This document shows positions 25,776 to 33,929 of a DNA stretch of 54,189 nucleotides, in pieces (position 1 is the stretch's first letter; each line of letters begins with the position of its first letter). Origin of the DNA: Bacteroidota bacterium (GTDB lineage: Bacteria > Bacteroidota > Ignavibacteria > UBA10030 > UBA6906); NCBI GenBank assembly GCA_049670805.1, contig JBATTW010000158.1, positions 1 to 54,189 of the forward strand, given 5' to 3'. A model generated the notes under the pieces. The model saw only the letters and a program-made list of their open reading frames with translations. It made no database searches and had not been told where the DNA came from. Made by a program: the position numbers and the translations under genes.

Positions 25776-26635
25776 CGGCCGTCACCGTAAACCGAATCAA
25801 CACCAAACCTGCTGGCAGCCCAGAGTGAAAGGTTGGCGGTAATTGCAGCGATTGCCCGCTTTTCGTCTTCAGTTCGCACCACCAGATCGTACGTGTCGGC
25901 CACGAATTTGATGTTCCTGAGCATCCGGCCGACCTGATCCTTCCGAACACCTCCGTGCCAGAAAACAATTTGCCTGCGGATCATGGTCCCATGGCGGCGG
26001 AGCAGCTCGCCCATCGGAAAGACCTTTGTGCTCTGCGGCGTCCGTGGCGTGCAGATGTGCGACAGATCTGTGAAATACTCGTCCCAGTGCGTGGCAAACG
26101 ATCGGTTCTCGGGTCGGCGGAGGTACCGGGCGCGCTGGAGCGAAAATCGTGCCTTGGTGCGCACGCGATATCTCGGGACAACAGGATAGAGATCGTACAG
26201 CTGTTTCTTCTTTGTGCGATCGAGTTTGTCTCTCTCGGTGTAGAGCCATCGCTTCTGGAGGACCCGCCAGTCTTCCACGCGAACAACCGGTGCTTTGCTG
26301 CTGTCGATGGAGATGAACTTGCCCTGCTCGGCGCCCACGATGGTTATCCAGTGACTCCATCGGTCAACGCAGAGGAGGCTTGGCTGGCCGCTCCTGAGTG
26401 CCAGGAGCAATTCCCGCTGGGCACGGTGAGAATCGGTGCGTCGAATGAATTGCATCTGGCAGTCGTATGCCTTTGCTGCTTGGGCCAGCTTGATCTCATC
26501 TGTGCCCGCCCACCAATGGGAGCCGGCGATCCGCGAGACTTTCTTTTCGTCAACGATCCTGCCAAGCATGACCAGTGCATACTTCAGGGCAAACGGACCG
26601 CACTGCCACTTGTTAGGCTGAGGGTAGAGACCCAT
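25772..26635 (-). CDS. Hypothetical protein with N-terminal papain-like (peptidase C39-like) domain
   Basis: QPNKWQCGPFALKYAL (Gln...Cys) and ...DRWSHWITIVG (His), arranged as in C39/BtrH-like cysteine peptidases. The ~150-aa basic C-terminal half is unrecognised. No signal peptide. Confidence 0.5.
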   Translation of the reverse strand: MGLYPQPNKWQCGPFALKYALVMLGRIVDEKKVSRIAGSHWWAGTDEIKLAQAAKAYDCQMQFIRRTDSHRAQRELLLALRSGQPSLLCVDRWSHWITIVGAEQGKFISIDSSKAPVVRVEDWRVLQKRWLYTERDKLDRTKKKQLYDLYPVVPRYRVRTKARFSLQRARYLRRPENRSFATHWDEYFTDLSHICTPRTPQSTKVFPMGELLRRHGTMIRRQIVFWHGGVRKDQVGRMLRNIKFVADTYDLVVRTEDEKRAIAAITANLSLWAASRFGVDSVYGDGR

Positions 26636-26760
26636 GATGGATGATGCGTTCTAGGATGTGTGCGGTGGCTTCTACGGGTGTGCGTGGCTCAGCAGCGTGG
26701 CCTGCGCTCGGATAAGGTACGCAAACAGTGGAGGATTTCCAAGGATGGAGACGGTGCGAC

Positions 26761-26783
26761 GCTGTCCCCCCCGGGGGGACAGC
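26761..26783 (-). terminator. GC hairpin GCTGT-C7/G6-ACAGC just downstream of the 26790 stop
   Basis: Perfect inverted repeat GCTGTCCCCCC/GGGGGGACAGC with no U-tract. Confidence 0.35.
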
Positions 26784-26789
26784 ACACCA

Positions 26790-27335
26790 TTACTCGGGGA
26801 TGGAGGGGCCTTTGTATTGCTTGAATGCCTTTAGCGCGAAATAGACACCCGCCCCAATTGAGAGAGCACAAGCCGTGATCCCGAGCAGGAAGACGATATC
26901 CCCGAGAGGTTCCGCGGCTTCCAGGTCGTCTGAGAGGAGCCAGTTCCAGTCATGGATGAGACCCTTGGCGATCAGCTTCAACTGCTTGTACGGGGCGTCT
27001 TTGATGTAGACACTGACATTAACCAGACTCTGGCCCACCCAGAAGCCGGGGTAGCCGATCTGAGCGATGTTCTGTCGCCAGGTCACTATCATCAGTGCCA
27101 GCGGCAACAGAACCTGGAACAGCGATCCAGCGATCATGTGCATCCACATGCCAAACACCCTAAAGAAGAGATGGCCGGCCTCGTGAATGAAGAGGTTTAT
27201 GGAGTCCATGACAAAGAGAGCAAACGGAGGTCTGAAACCCGGTTGTGCCGGTTCATAAGAGGTCAGGAGAAAGAGGAAGAGGTATCCCGTGTATGCCCAG
27301 AAGAGGAGTTTGACTGTGAGGATCGCGTATTTCAC
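26790..27335 (-). CDS. Small polytopic membrane protein with HExxH motif (M50B-like putative metallopeptidase)
   Basis: 181 aa with 5-6 hydrophobic segments. IHEAGHLFF sits at the start of a TM segment. Confidence 0.5.
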   Translation of the reverse strand: MKYAILTVKLLFWAYTGYLFLFLLTSYEPAQPGFRPPFALFVMDSINLFIHEAGHLFFRVFGMWMHMIAGSLFQVLLPLALMIVTWRQNIAQIGYPGFWVGQSLVNVSVYIKDAPYKQLKLIAKGLIHDWNWLLSDDLEAAEPLGDIVFLLGITACALSIGAGVYFALKAFKQYKGPSIPE

Positions 27336-27373
27336 AACCGGATGCTCCTGAGAGATGTGGGACGGACATGCCG

Positions 27374-27877
27374 TCAGCGGACTTTAGAGGCGTCTCTATA
27401 GAAGAGGAGCATTGACGTGGTTGGCGGGGTGAACCCGAGCTGGCGCAGCAAGGCGACGATCTGGCCGCGGTGGTAGCTGGAGTGATCCACTATGTGCTGG
27501 AGGGACTGCCAGTAGGTGAGCGTGACCGATCCTGCGGCCAGGGAGGTGACCCGGAAGGTTTCCGCCAGTTTTTTATCAGTCATCGTTCCGATAGATCGTG
27601 CCATGCCGCGGCCCACCTCTTCCCACAATGATTTGAGGGCGGGGAGGGAGGGGACATCACCTGTGCTCAGCAAGGTCGCATCGGAGGTTCCGTGCCACCG
27701 CGACTGCCACAGCTTCTCGGCTGCCACGATATGGACCATGGTCCCATGGAGGCTGCCGTGACTGCTCTTCAAGTCCTGCATGTACTCTTTATCTGGTACG
27801 CTCGCAAGCGCGCCCAGAATGCGATTGTTTGCCCAGGCGTTATAGGCATGGAGCAACTTGACTTCCTGCAAGTTCAT
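27374..27877 (-). CDS. DinB family protein
   Basis: LLHAYNAWANNRIL...HIVAAEKLW...HIVDHSSYHRGQIVALLRQLG (His triad of the DinB four-helix bundle). Confidence 0.85.
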   Translation of the reverse strand: MNLQEVKLLHAYNAWANNRILGALASVPDKEYMQDLKSSHGSLHGTMVHIVAAEKLWQSRWHGTSDATLLSTGDVPSLPALKSLWEEVGRGMARSIGTMTDKKLAETFRVTSLAAGSVTLTYWQSLQHIVDHSSYHRGQIVALLRQLGFTPPTTSMLLFYRDASKVR

Positions 27878-27887
27878 ACAGGACCTC

Positions 27888-30503
27888 TTATTTCTTGTCC
27901 AGGGCTTTTTTTAGTTCGGCAAGGGCCTTGAGCGCATCCACCGGCGTCATGTTGTCGATGTCCAGGGAACGCAACTGTTGGCGGAGGACGTCATCCCGGG
28001 CCTCGAAGAGGGTCAATTGCATCGTATCGGGAAGCATCCTTCCCCGGGAACGCCCGCCTTCGCCTCCATCGTGGACCGAGAGGTCTGACGACTCGAGATT
28101 ATGCAGAATGGCCTTTGCGCGGTCGGTAACTTCCCCGGGGAGGCCAGCCATCTGCGCGACCTGTATGCCGTAGGAGTGGTCGGCAAACCCCGGGCTTACC
28201 TTGTGCAGGAAGACCACCTTGTCTCCGTATTCGCGAACCTCCACTTTGTAGTTCCTGATACGCGCAAGAATCTCGGCAAGCTCGTTCAGCTCGTGATAGT
28301 GTGTGGCAAAGAGGGTGCGGGCACCGACGTGCTCGTGCAGGTATTCGGTAAGCGCCCATGCGATGCTGATCCCGTCGAACGTGCTGGTCCCCCTCCCCAC
28401 TTCATCGAGGAGGATGAGACTACGCTTCGTGGAGGTGTTGACGATGTGTGCGGCCTCGTGCATTTCGACCAGGAAGGTGCTCTCCCCTGAAGCGATGTTG
28501 TCACTCGCACCGACCCGGGTGAAGATCTTGTCCACGATGCCGATTATTGCTTTCTTCGCGGGCACAAAGCTGCCGATCTGGGCCAGGAGAACGATGAGGC
28601 CGGCCTGTCTCAGGTAGCTCGACTTTCCGCTCATATTGGGTCCCGTAATGATCAGGATCTGCTCATCGTCGGTGTTTATCCTCACGTCGTTGGGGACATA
28701 CTGTTCACCCGGTGGAAGAAGACGCTCTATGACCGGATGGCGCCCCTGGTGGATTTCCAGGGATAAGCCGTCATTCACCTCCGGACAGACATAGTCGTAT
28801 GCCACGGCCACGGCAGCGAGTGAGACCAGAGAGTCGATTGCTGCAATCGCCGAGGCATCCTCCTGAATGGCCTCGGCATGCTCTGCAACCTCGAGTCGCA
28901 CCTCATTGAAGAGACGGGTCTCGAGCGACAGTATCTTCTCCTCGGCGTGAAGGACCTTCTCCTCGTACTCCTTCAACTGTGGAGTGATGTAGCGCTCCGC
29001 ATTGGTGAGGGTCTGTTTTCGGATGTAGTCCTGCGGGATCCGGGTCTTATGGGTATGAGTAACTTCGATGTAGTATCCGAAGACATTGTTGAACCCGACC
29101 TTGAGTGACGGAATGCCCGTTCTCTCCCGTTCCGTCCGCTGGAGTTTCGCGATCCATTCCTTGCCGCTGGTTGCCAGATCACGTAGAGAATCGAGGTCGC
29201 TGTTGTACCCTCTCTTGAGAACGCCCCCATCTGAGAGGAGCATGGGCGGGTCCTCTTCGAGTGCACCCTCGAGGAAACCTATGATTGGCTCCAGAGGGTC
29301 GAGGGCATCCCTGATCGAGACGAGGTATTCTGAGTTCAGTCCGGTGAGCGCTTCTTTCAACGCACAAACCTCTGAAAGGGCAGACTTCATCGCGTTGAGC
29401 TCACGCGGATTTGCCCGCGCTGTGCATATCCGCGCATTAAGGCGCTCCAAGTCTCCCATACCGGTGAGGATATCGGCAACGGTTTCTCTTGAACCCTTCT
29501 CCTGTGTGAACTCAGCTACAGCCTCCAACCGCTGGCGGATGGGATCTACCTGGTTCAAGGGCTGGTTGATCCACCGCTTGAGGAGGCGGCCCCCCATCGG
29601 GGTCCTCGTCCGGTCAAGAACGGAGAAGAGGGTCCCTTCCGAGGATCCGCTGAGGGAGGAGGTGATCTCGAGGTTTCGCTTTGTCGAGGGGTCAAGCGTT
29701 ATGTGGTCACCGACGTTGTGCGGGAGGAGCTTCTTTATGTGGAGCAGGTTGGCTTTCTGAGTCTCCTCCAGGTAGTTCATCACCGCGCCAGAGGCAACCA
29801 GTCCCAGGGTATGACCCTCCAACCCAAAGCCCTTTAACGATTTCGTTTGAAAGTGTGAGAGGAGAAGCTCGTGGGCGTAATCCAGGTTGAAGAGCCAATC
29901 GTCCCGTTTGGTATACATCCCCCTGAAATCCTGGCCCAGGAGTTGTTGGAGGGTGGGGTGGTCTCGTTTCTGTACGATGACCTCCGAGGGACCGACCGCA
30001 CCGATCTGTTCACGCAATTGCCGCAGGGGGAACTCCCCGGCCCGGAACTCCGCCGTGGAGACATCAATAAAGGCAAAACCCACAGGATCATCAGCAGCCG
30101 CGACGGCGGACGGGAGAGCCACGGCAGCCAGGAAGTTGTTCTGCTTCTGCTCGAGGACCTTGTCGGAAAAAGCCACACCGGGCGTCACAACCTCGATAAC
30201 ATCCCGCTTGACAATGCCCTTTGCTAGCCTGGGGTCCTCCAGCTGCTCACAGATTGCGACGCGGTAGCCCGCCTTGACGAGTTTTGGGAGATAGGAGTCC
30301 AGAGAGTGGTGAGGAAAACCGGCAAGAGGGACCTCCCCCGCGGTGCCGTTTCCCCTTTTCGTCAGCGTTATTCCGAGGACACTCGAGGTTGTCCTGGCGT
30401 CGTCCTCGAACGTCTCGTAGAAGTCACCCATGCGAAAGAGCAGTATCGTGTCGGGATACCGCGCCTTCACCTGGGCGTACTGTTTCATCAACGGTGTTGA
30501 CAC
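27888..30503 (-). CDS. mutS: DNA mismatch repair protein MutS
   Basis: TPLMKQYAQVKARYPDTILLFRMGDFYETF, Walker A TGPNMSGKSSYLRQ, 871 aa. GTG start. Confidence 0.95.
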   Translation of the reverse strand: MSTPLMKQYAQVKARYPDTILLFRMGDFYETFEDDARTTSSVLGITLTKRGNGTAGEVPLAGFPHHSLDSYLPKLVKAGYRVAICEQLEDPRLAKGIVKRDVIEVVTPGVAFSDKVLEQKQNNFLAAVALPSAVAAADDPVGFAFIDVSTAEFRAGEFPLRQLREQIGAVGPSEVIVQKRDHPTLQQLLGQDFRGMYTKRDDWLFNLDYAHELLLSHFQTKSLKGFGLEGHTLGLVASGAVMNYLEETQKANLLHIKKLLPHNVGDHITLDPSTKRNLEITSSLSGSSEGTLFSVLDRTRTPMGGRLLKRWINQPLNQVDPIRQRLEAVAEFTQEKGSRETVADILTGMGDLERLNARICTARANPRELNAMKSALSEVCALKEALTGLNSEYLVSIRDALDPLEPIIGFLEGALEEDPPMLLSDGGVLKRGYNSDLDSLRDLATSGKEWIAKLQRTERERTGIPSLKVGFNNVFGYYIEVTHTHKTRIPQDYIRKQTLTNAERYITPQLKEYEEKVLHAEEKILSLETRLFNEVRLEVAEHAEAIQEDASAIAAIDSLVSLAAVAVAYDYVCPEVNDGLSLEIHQGRHPVIERLLPPGEQYVPNDVRINTDDEQILIITGPNMSGKSSYLRQAGLIVLLAQIGSFVPAKKAIIGIVDKIFTRVGASDNIASGESTFLVEMHEAAHIVNTSTKRSLILLDEVGRGTSTFDGISIAWALTEYLHEHVGARTLFATHYHELNELAEILARIRNYKVEVREYGDKVVFLHKVSPGFADHSYGIQVAQMAGLPGEVTDRAKAILHNLESSDLSVHDGGEGGRSRGRMLPDTMQLTLFEARDDVLRQQLRSLDIDNMTPVDALKALAELKKALDKK

Positions 30504-30628
30504 GGCGCAGACGAGAAGGTGGCAGTTGTCGGGGATCTACTTGTGACCGTGTACGAACAAAATTAAGAAAAATTCGCTCCGAAAAGCAATGAATGGCCTA
30601 TGTGACATAATTCGTCGGCAGGCAAAAT

Positions 30629-30659
30629 GCAGACAGGGGTCGCGAGGACCCCTGTCTGC
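30629..30659 (-). terminator. Rho-independent terminator-like hairpin
   Basis: Perfect 13-bp stem GCAGACAGGGGTC / GACCCCTGTCTGC with a 5-nt loop. On the minus strand it is followed by ATTTTGCC. Confidence 0.6.
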
Positions 30660-30686
30660 TGAGTGCGTACTTCGGGGAGAGAGCTA

Positions 30687-31075
30687 CTAGTTGAATTTGG
30701 GAACGTGGACGCTTTCCCACCAGCTCGAGATGGCATACGTCTGCCTGTAGAAGCCGGGGTAGTATGGCGCCCGGAAGTTCGGATCCTCGAGCCGTTTGTC
30801 ATATCGGTATAGTTTTGAATAACCGGTCTTTACGCTGGTAGACCCATTGTGAAACGTGCCCACCGCTCCACGCTCTCTCTGGACAATAGATCCATGCATG
30901 GACCAGAGCGAATCGACAACTGCGGCGCTCCTTTGTCACAGGATTGATAATGTGGTTTGCTGGTAACAGGCACAACGTTACCGGAGTTGGCATCGCATCT
31001 CCCGTCAGGAAGATGTATGCAGGGGGGATAGTTGCATTGTGTCCGGCCATGATCGGCCTGCCACGGATCGGGGGA
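30687..31075 (-). pseudogene. Truncated, frameshifted paralogue of the 3' part of the 31151-32422 gene
   Basis: The 70-aa ORF (30687-30899) MHGSIVQRERGAVGTFHNGSTSVKTGYSKLYRYDKRLEDPNFRAPYYPGFYRQTYAISSWWESVHVPKFN aligns with the last 71 aa of the neighbouring gene. Upstream, in another frame, IMAGHNATIPPAYIFLTGDAMPTPVTLCLLPANHIINPV...SCRFAL aligns with SIAAQQDIQISDDILYADRNWGTSDDILGLIAEDNVVILDNV...NCMIDAS. Confidence 0.55.
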
Positions 31076-31117
31076 GAATGACGACAGAGACAGGGAACGA
31101 AAACGCCCCCACTTGGT

Positions 31118-31140
31118 GAGGGCGCAGCTTCTGCGCCCTC
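31118..31140 (-). terminator. Hairpin after the 31151 stop
   Basis: GAGGGCGCAG-CTT-CTGCGCCCTC, a 10-bp perfect stem. The U-tract on the minus strand is weak (GCGTTTTCG, 19 nt downstream). Confidence 0.4.
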
Positions 31141-31150
31141 GCGGAGACTG

Positions 31151-32422
31151 TCAACGATTAAAATCTGGAACGTGTACGCTCTCCCACCAGGCGGCAATTG
31201 CTCGGGTCTTGGTGTAGTAGCCCGGATAATAGGGAGGTCGGAAGTTGGGGTCTTCCAGTCGCCGGTCATAGACAAAGCGTTTGGAGTACCCGGTTTTGAC
31301 TGCGTGAGACCCAACCTGGTAGGTACCGAGTCTACCCCGGTCGTGTTGTACGACGGATCCAACCATGTTCAGAACACCGCGCGGGGCGCCCTTGTTTGCG
31401 TCTTCCGCCTCAAACGCCCCCGTTCGGGTGAAGAGACTGGCATCTATCATGCAATTGGTGCTGTTTGGCACGTTGTCCAGTATGACAACGTTGTCTTCGG
31501 CAATCAACCCGAGTATGTCATCGCTCGTACCCCAGTTCCGGTCCGCATAGAGAATGTCGTCTGAGATCTGTATGTCCTGCTGTGCGGCGATGGAGAGCTC
31601 ACCGTCCACCGTACCCTGAACGGTTACCGTGCCTGTGCCAAGAAGTGCACCGTTGAATGTAGGATCGCTCAGGAGGACGGTGTCTATGGGAGTCCCACCC
31701 TGTGACACGATAGCGATTCCGTCGTCGTTGGCTGCAGTGCCAGCCTCGAACGTAATCTCGATGTTTCCTGCGTAGCTTCGTCCACCTGATGTGGCGGCAT
31801 TTACCACTTCAGAGATATCGATGGGGTAGTCGATTTCCGCAACGCCGGTCTCATAGCCGTGTTTGAATATGGCATTGTTGCCCCCCGTCCCCCATTTGGG
31901 ATCGAGGCCCTTCGCTGTTGTGAGTTTCTCCATGAAGACAGGGGAACCGGTCATGTGGAATCGTCCGTTGGAGTGAATCCGTCCCCAGACCGTGTCCCCG
32001 GTGTACCAGTCCTCGTTCCCCTCGAAATCCGACATGTAGGCAAAAAGTGTAAAGCTGTTTCTCTTGTTCCCGCCAAACTCGACAACAACAGTGTCGTAGA
32101 GTATGCCGTCTGCTCCCCGGCAGTTCGCAACGCTTCGCAGAACAGGAACGCCCGTTGGTCCCGTGACTATGCTGTAGGTGAAGGTCCCGTTCAGCCGGCC
32201 TGAGAGAACCTGGGTTTCCGAGCCACGCCAGGCTGTATCCTGGTAGAAGCGCGCCAGGCCGACATTTGCCCCGGTTATGGCCAGATTATGTGATTCGGTG
32301 GCCGCAGCATACGAGCTCATGTTCCCCTGCGCGTTCCCGGCGATGATGTTGAGGTTCATGGAGATGTAACCAAGGATGAACCCAAATCCTATAATATGAA
32401 TCAGTGCAGCTTTGCCACCCAT
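31151..32422 (-). CDS. PilX/GspK-like N-terminally anchored protein (putative minor pseudopilin-like, beta-rich C-terminal region)
   Basis: 423 aa. N-terminal helix KAALIHIIGFGFILGYISMNLNIIAG followed by ESHNLAITGANVGLARFYQD (PilX_N-like). Large beta-rich body and a conserved C-terminus ...KTGYSKRFVYDRRLEDPNFRPPYYPGYY...WWESVHVP. Confidence 0.5.
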   Translation of the reverse strand: MGGKAALIHIIGFGFILGYISMNLNIIAGNAQGNMSSYAAATESHNLAITGANVGLARFYQDTAWRGSETQVLSGRLNGTFTYSIVTGPTGVPVLRSVANCRGADGILYDTVVVEFGGNKRNSFTLFAYMSDFEGNEDWYTGDTVWGRIHSNGRFHMTGSPVFMEKLTTAKGLDPKWGTGGNNAIFKHGYETGVAEIDYPIDISEVVNAATSGGRSYAGNIEITFEAGTAANDDGIAIVSQGGTPIDTVLLSDPTFNGALLGTGTVTVQGTVDGELSIAAQQDIQISDDILYADRNWGTSDDILGLIAEDNVVILDNVPNSTNCMIDASLFTRTGAFEAEDANKGAPRGVLNMVGSVVQHDRGRLGTYQVGSHAVKTGYSKRFVYDRRLEDPNFRPPYYPGYYTKTRAIAAWWESVHVPDFNR

Positions 32423-32440
32423 TGTCGTACCCTTAGCAAG

Positions 32441-33055
32441 TTATCGTCGAACGTTCTGTGACGCGAGTCTCGTCTGCTGCCACAGCGAACTGGAGTAGAG
32501 AGCCTCTCGCTCTCCCGTCTGGACCATCCCGGCGCTGCGGTGCAGTGCGTAGGGATTCTGTACTTCCATAGTGATTTCCACCGAGTGGATTTCCGTCAGC
32601 TCGTGTGCTGCCACCGGTGTGGATATGATCCTTCCCATTCGGTCAAGATAGGAAAGATGAAAGACCGTGACGACACCAACTGTCCCCGGCTTGCCACCGT
32701 TGACACGCCGATACAGGGGACGGTCGAGATCATTTTGCGTTCCCGGAAGATCGCTGGTGCTCCCCCCGTAGTACCGTATGGTGTCGGCCGAACCATTACG
32801 GTCGACATCGTAGAGAAAGACGATTGTCGATGTATCGGCATAGAGAATAGTTTTGCCGTCTTCCGGGACACCGACGCCCATGTTGCGGAACTCGCCCTCG
32901 ATAAGGTGTGCAGTCTGCACAAGCATTTCCTGAACGAGCATGTCACCGTTATACATAGACTGGTTTTCCGCGGCGATATCATTCGCATTGAGAATGATGC
33001 CCAGCAACGCGCCGCCGAGTATCAGCGAACCAAGATAGTCAATGAGTGTGTGCAT
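32441..33055 (-). CDS. PilW/GspJ-like pseudopilin-like protein without prepilin leader
   Basis: 204 aa starting MHTLIDYLGSLILGGALLGIIL (compare FTLIE...). Followed by the TIVFLYDVDRNGSADTIRYY / LYRRVNGG / VVTVFHLSYLDRMG pattern typical of PilW/PulJ-type proteins. Confidence 0.5.
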   Translation of the reverse strand: MHTLIDYLGSLILGGALLGIILNANDIAAENQSMYNGDMLVQEMLVQTAHLIEGEFRNMGVGVPEDGKTILYADTSTIVFLYDVDRNGSADTIRYYGGSTSDLPGTQNDLDRPLYRRVNGGKPGTVGVVTVFHLSYLDRMGRIISTPVAAHELTEIHSVEITMEVQNPYALHRSAGMVQTGEREALYSSSLWQQTRLASQNVRR

Positions 33056-33082
33056 TATCTGCTCCCGCGAAAGGTCTTATCA

Positions 33083-33607
33083 TCAGTCAAAATGAAAGTA
33101 TCCCATTACGAGTGACAGCCGCAACGTGTCAAGCGGTGAGCCCTCGGGGGGGGGATAGGATCGCCAGGTCTTCAGATCGATCCGTTTCAAGAATGTGCGC
33201 GTGGCGGACGCTTGGCTCACATCGCCCGGATTGACATAGGAAACCGAAAAGCTGGTAGCGAAGCGTCGATTCGTTCCAGTGGCCATTCTCACGGTGGAGA
33301 ATTGGTGGAAATCATCAAAATCGTCAAACTTGTGAACACTGTCCTCATCAGCCTCATCCGGCCCCATCGCGTATGGTGCGGTCAGCGCGGCGGTATTTCC
33401 CAGTGCCACCGAAGAAGTATCTGTTACTTCATCAAAGGCAAGGCCCTGGGCCATCTCGAGATACGATGTCGCAATCGTGGTCGCGAGGATCATATCCTGC
33501 GCGTCGGTGATATCGTCGCCGGTATTGCCCAACAGCCGGTAGAAATTCTGCAGGATCGTTGTAAGGACGATAAACGCGCCAATGGTGAGAATTGTATGGT
33601 TTGACAT
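33083..33607 (-). CDS. Small pseudopilin-like protein (PilV/GspI-like architecture) without prepilin leader
   Basis: 174 aa. MSNHTILTIGAFIVLTTILQNFY helix followed by a soluble domain. First gene of the three-gene cassette. Confidence 0.4.
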   Translation of the reverse strand: MSNHTILTIGAFIVLTTILQNFYRLLGNTGDDITDAQDMILATTIATSYLEMAQGLAFDEVTDTSSVALGNTAALTAPYAMGPDEADEDSVHKFDDFDDFHQFSTVRMATGTNRRFATSFSVSYVNPGDVSQASATRTFLKRIDLKTWRSYPPPEGSPLDTLRLSLVMGYFHFD

Positions 33608-33883
33608 GGTATCTGATTCCTCAGACCGATGACCAGTTATGTTGTTTTCTGTTTCCTAGGGCGTTGGGGAGGGACGCACTTGATTTCCTAATCGCGCAAA
33701 GCGCATGCCACGGGGGGGCTTTATCCGGCAAGAGTGATGGCGGACACACCTGGGGCCCGGGGTGGTCGAAACGACCCGGATTCGTATGCTACAGAGTTGG
33801 GTAACATCACCGTGTTGATGGGGAAAGAGAGGTGAAAAGGGAAGATGGGAGAAACTTCAAAGGACCAGTGAGGATTGGCTAAT

Positions 33884-33899
33884 ACCCCCCTCGGGGGGT
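33884..33899 (-). terminator. Short C6/G6 hairpin downstream of the 33930 stop
   Basis: ACCCCCC-TC-GGGGGGT palindrome 31 nt after the stop of the yitJ-like gene. No U-tract. Confidence 0.3.
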
Positions 33900-33929
33900 G
33901 GAAGGATGAGAGGTGTCTGGTGCCAGGAT

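Noticed and set aside
30799-31362. 187-aa minus-strand ORF overlapping the 3' end of the PilX-like gene and the intergenic region
   Set aside because: It is not an independent gene. Its upstream half is an out-of-frame overlap with the real gene, and its downstream half is one frame of the decayed paralogue annotated as a pseudogene.
33608-33929. 322-bp gap upstream of the pseudopilin-like cassette, checked for a small major-pilin gene, a tRNA or a structured RNA
   Set aside because: Only 16- and 28-codon minus-strand ORFs without hydrophobic pilin-like N-termini are present. There is no tRNA-like T-arm (GGTTCGAATCC-type). Only short hairpins (GGTCG-AAA-CGACC and the C6/G6 palindrome) were seen.
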